Positions 9,102 through 19,882 of a DNA stretch of 64,000 nucleotides are shown in pieces. The position numbers and the translations under genes were made by a program. Numbering within the stretch: position 1 is the first letter of the stretch; each line of letters opens with the position of its first letter. The notes beneath the pieces are model-generated. The model was not told where the DNA came from, ran no database searches, and saw only the letters and a list, made by a program, of their open reading frames with translations. Source of the stretch: Alphaproteobacteria bacterium (GTDB lineage: Bacteria > Pseudomonadota > Alphaproteobacteria > SHVV01). The stretch lies in the NCBI GenBank assembly GCA_965261735.1, contig OZ253470.1:4928001-4992000 (forward strand), given 5' to 3'.

Positions 9102-10361
9102 ATGATGGCAGCAGATCTTGACAGGGCCGCACCCGACCTCCCGCTCGCGGGGGTGCGCGTCGTCGACATATCGAGTTTTCTCGCGGCCCCGATGGCCTCG
9201 ATGTTCCTCGCCGACTATGGCGCCGATGTGATCAAAGTGGAACGCCCCGGCAAGGGCGACGAGGTGCGGTACTGGGGTCACAACAAGGACGGCGTGGGCC
9301 TCTATTTCAAGGTCCTGAACCGCAGCAAGAAATCGGTCACGGCCGACCTGCATACGCCGCTCGGCGTCGAGATCGTGAAGCGTCTCGCGGCCAACGCCGA
9401 CCTGATCGTCGAAAACTATCGCCCCGGCACGCTGGAGAAATGGGGGCTCGGCTACGACGTGCTCAGCGCCATCAATCCGGGTCTCGTGCTGCTGCGCGTC
9501 AGCGGTTTCGGCCAAACCGGCCCCAACCGGACCAAGCCCGGTTTCGGTACCCTGGCCGAGGGCTATGCCGGCTACGCCTACATCAACGGCTATCCCGACC
9601 GGCCGCCGTTGCTACCGGGTTTCGGACTCGCCGACTCGACGACGGGGCTGATGGGTGCCTATCTGGCAATGGTGGCGCTCTTCGACCGCGCCAGGCGCGG
9701 CGGCGCCGGCCAAGTGATCGATCTCGCGATCTACGAGCCGCTGTACACGCTGCTCGGCCCCCAGGTGGTCGATTACGACCAGCTCGGCCTCGTCCAGGAG
9801 CGCTTCGGCAGCCGGCTGCCCTTTACGGCGCCGCGCAACACCTACCGCACGCGCGACGACAAGTGGATCACGACCGCGAGCAGCGCCCAGTCAATCTTCG
9901 AGCGCATGTGCGCCGCGCTCGAGATTCCCGAGGCGGCGGCGGATGCGCGCTTCGCGGACGGCCGCGCCCGGATCGAGAACGCCGATGCCCTCGATGAGGT
10001 GCTTCAGAAGGCGTTCTTGCAGTTCGATCTTGACGACCTGATGGAGCGCTTTACGCGCTTCCAGGCAGCGGCCGCGCCGGTGAACAGCGTCGCCCAGACC
10101 TTCGAGGATGAGCACTTCCAGGCGCGCGAAAACATCGTCGCAGTGCCCGACGAGGAGCTCGGCGGCCCGCTCCGCATGCAGAACGTGGTCGGCAAGTTCT
10201 CGCGCACCCCGGGCCGGATTCGCCATAGCGGGCCACGCCTCGGAGAGCACAACCGGGAAGTCCTCATCGAGACGCTCGGATTCAGCGAGGCCGACCTGCG
10301 CGACGGCGGCCTTCCCCTACCCGAGGACGAGGCGCCGCGGCGCCGGGCGGCGGCGAAATAG
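9102..10361 (+). CDS. Family III CoA-transferase (CaiB/BaiF)
   Basis: PLAGVRVVD, LADYGADVIKVE, NRSKKS, ENYRPGTLEKWGLG, SGFGQTGP. Confidence 0.93.
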   Translation: MMAADLDRAAPDLPLAGVRVVDISSFLAAPMASMFLADYGADVIKVERPGKGDEVRYWGHNKDGVGLYFKVLNRSKKSVTADLHTPLGVEIVKRLAANADLIVENYRPGTLEKWGLGYDVLSAINPGLVLLRVSGFGQTGPNRTKPGFGTLAEGYAGYAYINGYPDRPPLLPGFGLADSTTGLMGAYLAMVALFDRARRGGAGQVIDLAIYEPLYTLLGPQVVDYDQLGLVQERFGSRLPFTAPRNTYRTRDDKWITTASSAQSIFERMCAALEIPEAAADARFADGRARIENADALDEVLQKAFLQFDLDDLMERFTRFQAAAAPVNSVAQTFEDEHFQARENIVAVPDEELGGPLRMQNVVGKFSRTPGRIRHSGPRLGEHNREVLIETLGFSEADLRDGGLPLPEDEAPRRRAAAK

Positions 10362-10386
10362 CGCGAGACAGGGCGGGGGGCATGCA

Positions 10387-11343
10387 ATGTTGAAGTTGCC
10401 GGACAAAGCGAGCGTGGTCGAGGTTGGCCCCCGCGACGGTCTGCAGAGCTTCCCCGACTGGGTCGATACCGACCGCAAGGTGGCGATGATCGATCGCTTG
10501 AGCGATGCCGGCTTTCCGGTCATCGAGGCGACCGGGTTCGTTCATCCCCGCGTGATCCCGCACCTGCGCGATGCGGAGGAGGTCATGGCGCGGATTAGGA
10601 GGCGCCCCGGGACCATCTATCGCGGTCTGGTTCCCAACGCCAAGGGTGCGGAACGGGCCGTTGCCGCCGGGGTCGACGAACTTCTCGGCCTGATCACGGT
10701 GAGCGAGACCTACTTGAAGAAGAACCAAAACATGACGCTCGATGAGGGCGTCGCGCAGGCCGTGCAGGCCTACGAGATCGCCGAAGCCGGCGGCTGCCGC
10801 TTCGTGATGGCGCTTGGCATGTCGTTGTGGTGCCCGTACGAGGGACCGATCGCCGAGTCTCGGGTGCTGAGCCTGCTCGAGCGTTTTCACGCCGCCGGCA
10901 TGCGCCGCTTCTACCTCGCCGGCAGCACGGGGATGGAAGACCCGAACTGCGTCAACAGCTTGTTCCGGGCTGCCTGCTCGCGCTGGCCCGATGCCACTTT
11001 CGGCTTCCACGTGCACAATATCGCGGGCCTCGGCACGGCCAACGTCCTCGCCGCGCTCGATGGCGGCGCAGGTTCGGTGGAGGGCTCGATCTGCGGCATC
11101 GGCGGCGGTATCGCGATGCCGACCACAATGGGTTCCGTCGGCAACCTGCCGACCGAGGACATCATCTACCTGCTCAACGAGATGGCGATCGACACCGGCA
11201 TCGACACGGTTGAGGCCGTGGCGGCGGCCCGTGACATCGCTGCTCTGCTCGGCATCGAGCCGCGCAGCTACATCGCCCATAGCGGGACGCGCGCCGACGT
11301 CATGGAGCGGGCTCTCGCGAGCCCGCGCGACCATCCGTCGTGA
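10387..11343 (+). CDS. HMG-CoA lyase-like (DRE-TIM) acyl-CoA lyase
   Basis: EVGPRDGLQ, FHVHN..G, GNLPTED. Confidence 0.9.
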   Translation: MLKLPDKASVVEVGPRDGLQSFPDWVDTDRKVAMIDRLSDAGFPVIEATGFVHPRVIPHLRDAEEVMARIRRRPGTIYRGLVPNAKGAERAVAAGVDELLGLITVSETYLKKNQNMTLDEGVAQAVQAYEIAEAGGCRFVMALGMSLWCPYEGPIAESRVLSLLERFHAAGMRRFYLAGSTGMEDPNCVNSLFRAACSRWPDATFGFHVHNIAGLGTANVLAALDGGAGSVEGSICGIGGGIAMPTTMGSVGNLPTEDIIYLLNEMAIDTGIDTVEAVAAARDIAALLGIEPRSYIAHSGTRADVMERALASPRDHPS

Positions 11344-11486
11344 ACACGGTACCGCGTTCCGCCCGCCCACCCACGATCTGACACCCGCCCGCCGAAATCT
11401 CCTTCCGGCGCGCCGGCCAACAATGCGCGCGGGACAACCCCAAGCTCACCCGCGCAACGGGGTCTCCGGCCGCCGATTGGAAAAGC

Positions 11487-12710
11487 ATGAGCGACCGACC
11501 GAGCCCGCCCTCCCCCGCCGCCGAGGCGACCGGCTGGCTGTTCGTGACCGCCGTGATCGCTGCCGCCGTCGTTGCGACGATGCAGATCGGCAAGGTCCCA
11601 CCGGCATTGCCTTTGATTCGCGAGGAGTTCGGGCTCGGCATGGTGGCCGGCGGTTGGGTCGCCTCGATGATCACGCTGACCGGTGCCCTGACGGGCATCG
11701 CCGCCGGTGTGGTCGGCGACCGGCTCGGCCATCGCCGCGTCGTCATCGCCGGCCTTGTATGCCTGGCAGTGGGGAGCTTCGCGGGTGGCGCGGCGCCATC
11801 GGGGGTGACGCTGCTGCTCACCCGCTTCTTCGAGGGCGTCGGCCACACGGCCATCGTGGTGGCCGGCACGCCGCTAGTCTTTCGCGCGACCCGAGCCGCC
11901 GATCGGCGGCTCGCCCTCGGCATCTGGAGCGCGTTCTTCCCGATGGGAATCGGCTCGATGATGGCGCTCTCGCCGATCTTCCTCGAATCGTTCGGTTGGC
12001 GCGCGATGTGGTTCGCCAACGGCGCTTTGCTGGTGGTGTTTCTGCTGCTCTTTGTCGGCGTCGCGCCGGCATCGTACACCGCCGCGAGTGCCGCCATGCC
12101 GGCGGCCCGTCAAACCTGGCGCGACGTGCGCGTCGCCATCACGCGGCCGGGTCCCTGGCTCCTTTCCGTCATGATCCTGCTGCTCAGCATCGCTACGTTC
12201 TCGGTGATGGCCTGGCTCCCGACCTATCTCGCGGAAGGTCTCGGCTATTCGCCCTCGGCGGCCGCTCTCATTACCGCGGCGATCGTGGCCACCCTCATTC
12301 CGGCCAACATCCTCGGCAGCTGGGTGCTGCACTGGAACATCCGGCGCTGGCACGTGCTCGCCGCCGGTGCCCTCGGCATCGCTCTCTTCCCGCTCGGAAT
12401 CTTCGCCGCTGGGGTGCCCGATATATTGCGGTTCGCCTCGACGATCGCCTTCACGCTGATCGCCGGGCTCATCCCCGGGGCGGTGTTCTCAGGGGTGCTG
12501 CGCCACGCGCCGACAGCCGAGCAAACCGGGGCGGTGACCGGCGTCATCGTGCAAGGCTCCAATCTCGGCCTGCTGTTTGGCCCGCCCGTGCTCGCCGCCG
12601 TCGTGGTGCGCTTTGGTGGGTGGCAGGCCTCGCCGTGGCTCTTCCTGATCGTCGGCGGCCTCAGCCTGTGCACGGCTTACGCGATTGGCCGCATCGAGGC
12701 GCGGCCGTGA
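11487..12710 (+). CDS. MFS transporter (CynX/NimT-like)
   Basis: About 12 TM segments, GKVPPALP, GVVGDRLGHRR motif A. Confidence 0.88.
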   Translation: MSDRPSPPSPAAEATGWLFVTAVIAAAVVATMQIGKVPPALPLIREEFGLGMVAGGWVASMITLTGALTGIAAGVVGDRLGHRRVVIAGLVCLAVGSFAGGAAPSGVTLLLTRFFEGVGHTAIVVAGTPLVFRATRAADRRLALGIWSAFFPMGIGSMMALSPIFLESFGWRAMWFANGALLVVFLLLFVGVAPASYTAASAAMPAARQTWRDVRVAITRPGPWLLSVMILLLSIATFSVMAWLPTYLAEGLGYSPSAAALITAAIVATLIPANILGSWVLHWNIRRWHVLAAGALGIALFPLGIFAAGVPDILRFASTIAFTLIAGLIPGAVFSGVLRHAPTAEQTGAVTGVIVQGSNLGLLFGPPVLAAVVVRFGGWQASPWLFLIVGGLSLCTAYAIGRIEARP

Positions 12711-12747
12711 CGGCCCGCGCGTCGAACGGCCTCACCGTGTGCGCACG

Positions 12748-13629
12748 ATGACAACGGTCGTCCGGCCTACCGACGCACCGCTGCGCGGCATTCTCCTGAT
12801 GTGCGCCGCGATGGCATTCCTCGCCCTCATGGCGACGGCCATCAAGCACTTGACGCAGACCTACCCGGCACCGGAGATCCTGTGGGCCCGCTTTTTCTTC
12901 CACTTCCTGTTCATCCTGGTGCTATTTCCGCGCCGCATCCCGACGCTTCTGGTCAGCCGGCGCAAGGGTCTGCAGATAGGGCGATCGATCGTCATGCTGC
13001 TCGGCTCGCTCATTGCCGTAAGCGCACTGCGCTACATCCAGGTCGCGGAGTTCGTGGCGCTCACCTTCATTGCGCCAGCGCTGGTCGCCGGTCTCTCCGT
13101 CGTCGTCCTGCGTGAGCACGTGGGGCCCCGGCGCTGGGCGTCGATCGGGGTCGGCTTTATCGGCGTCCTTATCATCGTGCGCCCCGGTGCCGGGGTCATG
13201 CACTGGGCCGCGGCGCTGCCGCTCGGCGTGGCGATGTGTCAGGCGAGCTATCAGATCATGACGCGCCTGCTGAGCCAGGAGGCGGACGTCATCAACTCGC
13301 TCGTCTATACGTCGCTGGTCGGCGCCGCCGTCACCACGCTTGCGCTGCCGTTCTTCTGGGTGCCGCCGCAGGGCGTCGATTGGCTCATCATGGCCTGCAT
13401 CGGATTTCTCGGTGGCGCCGGGCATTTCGCCATGATCAAGGCCTACGAGCGGGCGGCCGCGTCGGTCATCGCGCCGCTGACCTATACGGAGCTGATCTGG
13501 GCGACGCTCGCCGGTTTCGCCGTGTTCGGCGACCTGCCCGACGTCTGGACGTTCGTGGGCGCCGCCATCATCGCCGCGAGCGGCATCTACATTCTCCACC
13601 GCGAACGCCTCAAACGGGGTCTCGCCTGA
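12748..13629 (+). CDS. DMT/EamA-family transporter (1 of 3)
   Basis: Ten TM segments, LREHVGPRRW, IIVRPG, FGDLPD. Confidence 0.9.
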   Translation: MTTVVRPTDAPLRGILLMCAAMAFLALMATAIKHLTQTYPAPEILWARFFFHFLFILVLFPRRIPTLLVSRRKGLQIGRSIVMLLGSLIAVSALRYIQVAEFVALTFIAPALVAGLSVVVLREHVGPRRWASIGVGFIGVLIIVRPGAGVMHWAAALPLGVAMCQASYQIMTRLLSQEADVINSLVYTSLVGAAVTTLALPFFWVPPQGVDWLIMACIGFLGGAGHFAMIKAYERAAASVIAPLTYTELIWATLAGFAVFGDLPDVWTFVGAAIIAASGIYILHRERLKRGLA

Positions 13630-14513
13630 TGGCTCCGCCCGGGCCTGCCGCGGAGGAGCCGCTCCGCGGCATCGTACTGATGTGCGCCGCCGTCGCCGTG
13701 CTCGCGGTCATGGCGGCCATCTTCAAGCACCTGGCGCCCGACTATCCGGCCGTCCAGATCGTATGGGCGCGCTACTTTTTTCACTTCGCCCTGGTCCTGG
13801 TACTGGTCCCGCGCCGCATCCCGCGGCTGCTGGTGAGCCAGCGCAAGGACCTGCAGGTGCTGCGCTCGGTGCTGATGCTGGGCGCCACGGCATGCAGCGT
13901 CGTCGGCGTGCGCTATCTGCCGCTCGCCGACTTCGCGGCCATCGGTTTCGTCGCGCCGCTGCTCGTGGCTCTCTTGTCGATCGTCGTTCTCGGCGAGACC
14001 GTGGGGGTACGGCGCTGGACCTCGCTGTTCATCGGCTTTGCCGGTGTTCTCATCGTCGTGCGCCCCGGCGCCGGGGTCATGAATTGGGCGGCAGCGCTCC
14101 CGATCGGCATGGCGCTGTGCTACGCCTCCTACCAGATCATCACGCGCGGCATCCGCGAACTCGCCGATCCCTTTACGTCCCTCATCTATACCGCCTTCGT
14201 CGGCGCCGTCGCGACGAGCGCGGTCCTGCCCTTTGTCTGGGTGCCCCCGGATCTCGAGGGCTGGGCGCTGATGATCTGCGTCGGTGTGTTCGGCGGCTTC
14301 GGCCACCTCGCGCTGATCAGGGCCTACAAGATCACCACAGCGTCGCTTCTGGCCCCGTTCGGCTATACCAACCTGCTCTGGGCCGCCGTTCTCGGCATCG
14401 TCATGTTCAATGACATCCCCGACTACTGGACCCTGTTCGGCGGCGCCGTCATTGCCGCCAGCGGATTGTACGTGGTGCAGCGAGAGCGCGTGGCGGCGGG
14501 GAGCCGCGCATGA
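13629..14513 (+). CDS. DMT/EamA-family transporter (2 of 3)
   Basis: Paralogue of the upstream gene; TGATG stop/start overlap at 13627-13631. Confidence 0.9.
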   Translation: MAPPGPAAEEPLRGIVLMCAAVAVLAVMAAIFKHLAPDYPAVQIVWARYFFHFALVLVLVPRRIPRLLVSQRKDLQVLRSVLMLGATACSVVGVRYLPLADFAAIGFVAPLLVALLSIVVLGETVGVRRWTSLFIGFAGVLIVVRPGAGVMNWAAALPIGMALCYASYQIITRGIRELADPFTSLIYTAFVGAVATSAVLPFVWVPPDLEGWALMICVGVFGGFGHLALIRAYKITTASLLAPFGYTNLLWAAVLGIVMFNDIPDYWTLFGGAVIAASGLYVVQRERVAAGSRA

Positions 14514-16260
14514 GCGTCGCCGCGCCCATCGACAGGCCAGTCAGGGGCATCGTCCTGATGGCCACCGCGGTGCTTTCCCTCTCGGTGATGGGGATCCTGG
14601 TCAAGGTCTTGACGGTCGACTATCCCACGGCCCAGTTGATTTGGGCCCGGTTCTTCTTCAACTTCCTGCTGGTTCTCGTGCTGTTTCCGTGGCGCATCCC
14701 GACCCTTCTCGTCGCCCGGCGCAAGGATCTACAGATCGTACGGGCCGTGCTCGCGTTGATTGGCGGGGTGTTCGCCATCACGGCGCTTCACTACATGTCG
14801 CTCGCCGACTTAATCGCGATCCACTTCCTGGCACCATTGCTGGTCACGGGACTTTCCGTCGTGGCGCTCGGCGAGATCGTCGGTATCCGCCGCTGGGCGG
14901 CGGTGCTGATCGGCTTCGCAGGCGTGCTCGTGATCATCCGGCCGGGTCTCACCGTGTTCCACTGGTGGGTGCTGTTACCGGTCGGGATGGCGATGACCTC
15001 GGCCACCTTCCAGACAATCACCCGGTACATCAGCCCTTGCCATCCGGTTAACGCCCATGACCGCTACATGTAGGGTGCCGCCACTCTCCCGAGTAAAGCT
15101 CGGCATAGGTTGGAGCAGAGGTGTCGCCCGCGATGCCGAGCAATGAGCGGAAGGCGTTGAACGGGTAGAACCGCCTGTTGAAGCGGAAGGTGAACTCGTT
15201 GAGGTAGGCTTGTAGGTGCTGGTGGCTAACGCCGTGGTGGATACCGATCAGCCACGTCTTCAGGTTGGCGAAAACCAGATGGATGATCGGCAGGTATTGC
15301 TCGGCAACCTCTGGATCACCACACTCGGCAACAGCGAAGTGCTCATAGCCGCGCTTACCGAGGCCAGCATAGCCGCTCCAATCGTCAGTAACGATCAGCG
15401 ATCGCGGCGCGACGGTGCTCTCGACGAACCCACAGAGCGACTCGGCGCTACGGTCGAGCACGACGGCGAGCCGAACGCGTCCGGCATAGCGTCCGTCTTT
15501 CCGGTTGTCGAGCTTGGTGCCCGGCTTTCGATGACGCACCTCGATGGCACAGGAGACGGGAACCTTGTGGTGAACACCACGGCCTTCCCCACGCGTTCGC
15601 CCGCCAACCCAGGTTTCGTCCACCTCAACATGGTTCTTGGGCTGCCACCGATCCTGTCTTGGTTGGGCCGCACCATGCCCGAGCGGAGCTTGTGGAGAAT
15701 TTGAAAGGCCGTCTCCCCAGCGGGCTTTCTCCGGGTAGGCGGCGCAGGCCGCATCATCAGGGAAAAGTCGCTGGAACTCGGGTAGCTAATGCGGGAATGG
15801 GAGATCGGCGCGGTCGAGAACATCCATGGCGCGCTCCCCTATATCCGGTTTGCGCCCACTCTAGCCCTAGTGGGTGTGGGTGTAAACCGGATAGGAAAGC
15901 ATCAGCCATACCGAGGACCCACTCAACACGATGTTTTATGTCGCCATCGTCGGCGCCGCCGTGACGAGCGCGGTGGTGCCGTTCTTCTGGGTTACGCCGA
16001 GCCCCGAGGCGTGGCTGATGCTGGTCGCGATCGGGCTGTTCGCCGGCCTCGGGCAGTTCGCCATGGTCCGGGCCTATGAGCGCTCACAGGCCGCGGTGGT
16101 CGCCCCGTTCGCCTACACCGAGATCGTGTAGGCGACGATACTCGGCCTCGCGGTGTTCGGCGATCTTCCCGACGTCTGGACCTTCGTCGGCGCCGCCATC
16201 ATTGCTGCCAGCGGGCTCTACGTCCTCCACCGCGAGCGCGTAAAGCAGGTGGCGGCCTAG
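14510..16260 (+). pseudogene. DMT/EamA-family transporter (3 of 3), IS-interrupted with a nonsense codon
   Basis: Removing the IS at 15036-15899 and one CATCAGCC copy restores ...TRYISHTEDPLNTMFYV.... An in-frame TAG at 16129-16131 sits where paralogues have Trp; homology continues to TAG at 16260. Confidence 0.9.
15036..15899 (-). mobile_element. IS1595-family (ISSod11-like) element, copy 1, internally deleted
   Basis: Ends CTTGCC-ATCCGGTT / AAACCGGATAGGAAAG; 8-bp TSD CATCAGCC (15028-15035, 15900-15907); DETWVGG, TDDW and YLNEFTFRFNRR motifs; zinc-ribbon region missing. Confidence 0.93.
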
Positions 16261-16284
16261 GCGCGCTAGCCGCCCGTCACCGGA

Positions 16285-16926
16285 CTAAGATGCGCGCTTC
16301 ACTTCCGGGCGCGCGGCCGCGGACGGTAAGCCAGGCACGACCCTGACCTTGCCCGCGCGCGCGAGCGTTTCGCGCATGGCAAACCCGGCGCCCGGGTAGG
16401 CCACCATCTCCTCGGGCGGCGTGTAGCGGGCGGGCTCCGGCCACACGCCGGGTCGGGGGCTCGAACCCTCATCGGCGATCGCCAAGGGGTCAGCGTCGTA
16501 GATGGCGGGCGCATCGAGTATCTCGACACAATCCCAGGTCACATCGAGCGGAATGTTGTTGGGATCGAAAAAGTAGATCGACCAGCCCATGCCATGGTCG
16601 ACGGCGCCGGTGACGTCGAACCCCACCGCTTCGATCCGGTCCTTAAGCACGAACAGCTCCTCGCGGCTGCCCACGTTGAACGAGACGTGATCGAAGCCGA
16701 GTGGCTTGGTCGTCGGCTGGCCGTGGAACTTGTACTCCATCGGCTGCGCGCCGTCGTACTCGAAAAAGGCCACGTGATCCGAGCCGAACTTGAAGAAGTA
16801 GTGCCGAAACCCCTGCTCTCCGATGCCCGTCGTCAGCTCCATGCCCAACAAGTCGCGGTAGAAGCGGACTGTCTTCTCCATATCGTTGGTGATGAACGCG
16901 AGGTGATTGACGCCGGTCAAACCCAT
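16285..16926 (-). CDS. VOC/glyoxalase-family protein
   Basis: GVNHLAF, FYRDLLG, FDHVSF, DHG...SIYFFDPN; GGAGGG upstream of ATG 16926. Confidence 0.88.
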   Translation of the reverse strand: MGLTGVNHLAFITNDMEKTVRFYRDLLGMELTTGIGEQGFRHYFFKFGSDHVAFFEYDGAQPMEYKFHGQPTTKPLGFDHVSFNVGSREELFVLKDRIEAVGFDVTGAVDHGMGWSIYFFDPNNIPLDVTWDCVEILDAPAIYDADPLAIADEGSSPRPGVWPEPARYTPPEEMVAYPGAGFAMRETLARAGKVRVVPGLPSAAARPEVKRAS

Positions 16927-17010
16927 GATGCCCTCCGTCGGCCGGTGCACTGTCAAATCATGTATTCCTGGGCACACCGATTGCCAGGCATTTCTTTGTC
17001 CCGGGCCGCC

Positions 17011-18240
17011 CTATTGCGCGGCTACGGTCGCTTCCGCGATCCGAGCGACCCGCTTGCGCCGGGTCAGCATCCAAGTCCAGGCCAACAGGCAGATGACGGC
17101 GCCGCCGGCGACCGGCAGCTTAAGCCCCAACATCTCCGACAGGCCCCCCATCATGAGGGCGCCGAGCGCCGGGCCGCCGCGGCCGATGAGGCCGTAGATG
17201 CCCATCACCCGGCCACGGACTGAGCCCTCGACCGTGCTCATGATCAGGGTTTGCCCGCCGACGTAGATGGCCACCTTGGCCCACGCGGAGATTGCCAGGA
17301 AGAAGAGGGCGAGCCAGAACGAGTCGGTGGCGAGGAACCCGATCAGCGCTAGCGCCACGATCATAAGGTGGGCGACGGCGATGCCGGTGAGCCCCTCGAC
17401 TCGGCCGCGGTAGGCGAGCCAGATGCCGCAGGCGAGCGCGCCCAACCCCATGCTCGAGGTGAGCCAGGCGAGGCCGACGGCGCCGCGGTCGAACACGCGG
17501 TCCGCGAATCCCGGCAGTAGCTCGCTGATCGGTCGCGCGAACAGCGCGGCGCTAAGGATGAGCACCAGCATGGGACCGGTAACGGGATGCAGGGCGGCGT
17601 AGCGCATGCCCTGGCCGATGTCTCGAAACAGGTTGCCGCTCGGCATCGTCGTGGCCGGCGCGGGTAGGCGCAGTCGGGCTAAGGCGATGAGAAAGACTAG
17701 GTAGCTGAAGGCGTTGAAGGCGAACGCCGGAGCGAGGCCGGAGGTCCCGATGAGCAGCCCCGCCGTGGCTGGGCCGACAAACATGGCGATGTTGAATACG
17801 CTGGCATTGATGGCCACGGCAGCGGTCAGACTCTCCCTGCCGACGAGGCTGGGGACGAGCGACATGCGCACTGGCTGCGCGAACGCTGAAGCAATGCCGA
17901 GAATCACCGTGAGCACGAGCAGCAGCCACACCGTCATGTAGCCGGCGAGCATCAGCACCGCCAGCACCACTGCCTGCGCCAACGAAACCATCTGCGTCCA
18001 CGTTAAGAGCTTTACGCGGTCGATACGGTCGGCGACCGCCCCGGCGAGCGGAGAAATCACCAGCGTCGGCGCGAGATCGGCGAAGGCCATTAAGCCGAGC
18101 CACGTGCCCGAGTGGGTCAGGTCCCAGGTGAGCCAGCCGACGGCCACGCGCTGCACCCAGAATCCCACCAGCGACACCGCGTGCCCCTCGGTGAAGATGC
18201 GGTAGTTGCGATTGCTGAGCGCGGCGCCAATGCCGCCCAT
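17011..18240 (-). CDS. MFS transporter (DHA3/H+ antiporter-like), paralogue A
   Basis: RNYRIF, VQRVAVGWL, GAVADRIDR, RGRVMG. Confidence 0.9.
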   Translation of the reverse strand: MGGIGAALSNRNYRIFTEGHAVSLVGFWVQRVAVGWLTWDLTHSGTWLGLMAFADLAPTLVISPLAGAVADRIDRVKLLTWTQMVSLAQAVVLAVLMLAGYMTVWLLLVLTVILGIASAFAQPVRMSLVPSLVGRESLTAAVAINASVFNIAMFVGPATAGLLIGTSGLAPAFAFNAFSYLVFLIALARLRLPAPATTMPSGNLFRDIGQGMRYAALHPVTGPMLVLILSAALFARPISELLPGFADRVFDRGAVGLAWLTSSMGLGALACGIWLAYRGRVEGLTGIAVAHLMIVALALIGFLATDSFWLALFFLAISAWAKVAIYVGGQTLIMSTVEGSVRGRVMGIYGLIGRGGPALGALMMGGLSEMLGLKLPVAGGAVICLLAWTWMLTRRKRVARIAEATVAAQ

Positions 18241-18409
18241 GAGGACGACACCGGTCGCAGAACGAATACTCTTCACCCCGACCCATGGTGTGGAGGATGG
18301 CGATCGGCGCCCGCCGACCCCGCTGCGACGACGGTAGGCGCCCGCTCGTTCTTGCCATTATTGTCGGGCCGCGGCAATCGCCGCGGTCACACATCCGTCG
18401 ATCACCGCC

Positions 18410-19654
18410 TCAGGCGCCCGCTTGACCTTGCGGATCCGATTCGATGATGCGGGCGATCCCGCGCTGCCGCCTCAGCATCCACAGCCAGGCGCCAACGCAG
18501 ATGGCCGCGCCACCGGCCACCGGTAGCCTCAGCCCGACAGCCTCTGACAAACCGCCCATGAGCAGCGCACCAGCCGCGGGGCCGCTGCGGCCGATGAGCC
18601 CGTAGAAGCTCATGACCCGCCCGCGCATCTGACCGTCGACGCTGGTCATGATCAAGGTCTGGCAACTGATGTTGATGGCGGAGAACGCCCACGCGGTCAC
18701 AGCCAGGAAGGCGAGCGCGAACCAAAAGGAGTCGCTGGCGACGAAGGCGAAAAGCGACAGGGCCGCTACCAGTAGGTGAGCGGCGGCAATAGTGGTGAGG
18801 CCGGTCACGGTGCCGCGGCGCGCGAGCCAGGTGCCGGCCGCGAAGGCGCTCAGTCCCATGCTTGACGTGAGCCAGGCCAGGCCCGTGGCACCACGGTCGA
18901 AGACGCGATCGGCGAAGCCCGGCAGTAGCTCGCCGACCGGGCGCGCGAAGACGGCGGTCACCAGCATCAGGATCAGCAGCGGCCCGGCGGCGGGGTGGGA
19001 GACCGCGTAGCGGATGCCGTCGGCAATGTCGGTGGTCAGGCGCCGGCGGGCGCGTGGCGGTGAATCGTCGGCGGCGAGTCGAATCCGCGTCAGCATCAGC
19101 ACGAAGATCAGAAAGCCCGCCGTGTTGCAGGCAAAGGCCCAGGCCAGGCCCGAGGTCGCGATGATGGCGCCGGCGACGGCCGGCCCCACGAACATGGCGA
19201 CGTTCCAGATGCTCGAGTCGATGGCGATGGCCGAGGCAACGCTGTCGCGCCCGACGAGGCTGGGAACCAGGGCGAAGCGCGAGGGCTGCGCGTATGCGGA
19301 GGCGGTGCCACGAAGTATGGTCAGGGCCAGGAGGAGCCAGATGTTCAGGAGGCCGGCAAACATGGCCGCGGTCAGCATCGCCCCCTGGACCGCCGCCACG
19401 GACTGCGTCCAGCGCAGCAGCGTCAGGCGGTCGACGCGGTCGGCCACGGCGCCGGCGAGCGGTGCGGTGACGAGGACGGGAGCGAGGTCGGCAAAGGCCA
19501 TGATGCCGAGCCAGGTCCCGGAATGGGTCAGCTCCCAGGTGAGCCAGCCAACGGCGACTCTCTGAACCCACAGCCCGGTCATGGCGCAGCCCTGGCCGAA
19601 CGCGAAGATGCGGTAGTTGCGGTTGCGGAAGGCGCTGCCGATGCCGCCGACCAT
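18410..19654 (-). CDS. MFS transporter (DHA3/H+ antiporter-like), paralogue B
   Basis: Clear tandem paralogue of 17011-18240; start placed at MVGGIG by alignment. Confidence 0.9.
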   Translation of the reverse strand: MVGGIGSAFRNRNYRIFAFGQGCAMTGLWVQRVAVGWLTWELTHSGTWLGIMAFADLAPVLVTAPLAGAVADRVDRLTLLRWTQSVAAVQGAMLTAAMFAGLLNIWLLLALTILRGTASAYAQPSRFALVPSLVGRDSVASAIAIDSSIWNVAMFVGPAVAGAIIATSGLAWAFACNTAGFLIFVLMLTRIRLAADDSPPRARRRLTTDIADGIRYAVSHPAAGPLLILMLVTAVFARPVGELLPGFADRVFDRGATGLAWLTSSMGLSAFAAGTWLARRGTVTGLTTIAAAHLLVAALSLFAFVASDSFWFALAFLAVTAWAFSAINISCQTLIMTSVDGQMRGRVMSFYGLIGRSGPAAGALLMGGLSEAVGLRLPVAGGAAICVGAWLWMLRRQRGIARIIESDPQGQAGA

Positions 19655-19882
19655 GGCCGTGGAGAGGGAGGAGGGAGGCGACTTCAACGCTGGACCGGGA
19701 CGCGCTTTCCGAGCAGGTGGCGGGAGATCGAAATCCGAGGGCCGCGGCATCAGGCCGAGCACAATCTTTTCATGCCACCGTTGGGGGCTCGTCGCAAGGC
19801 GCTACATCGCAAAAGGGGCGCCGAGCCGTCCGACGCAATAGAATCATTTACCCGCACACAGGGGCGCGATGGAAGATCACTG

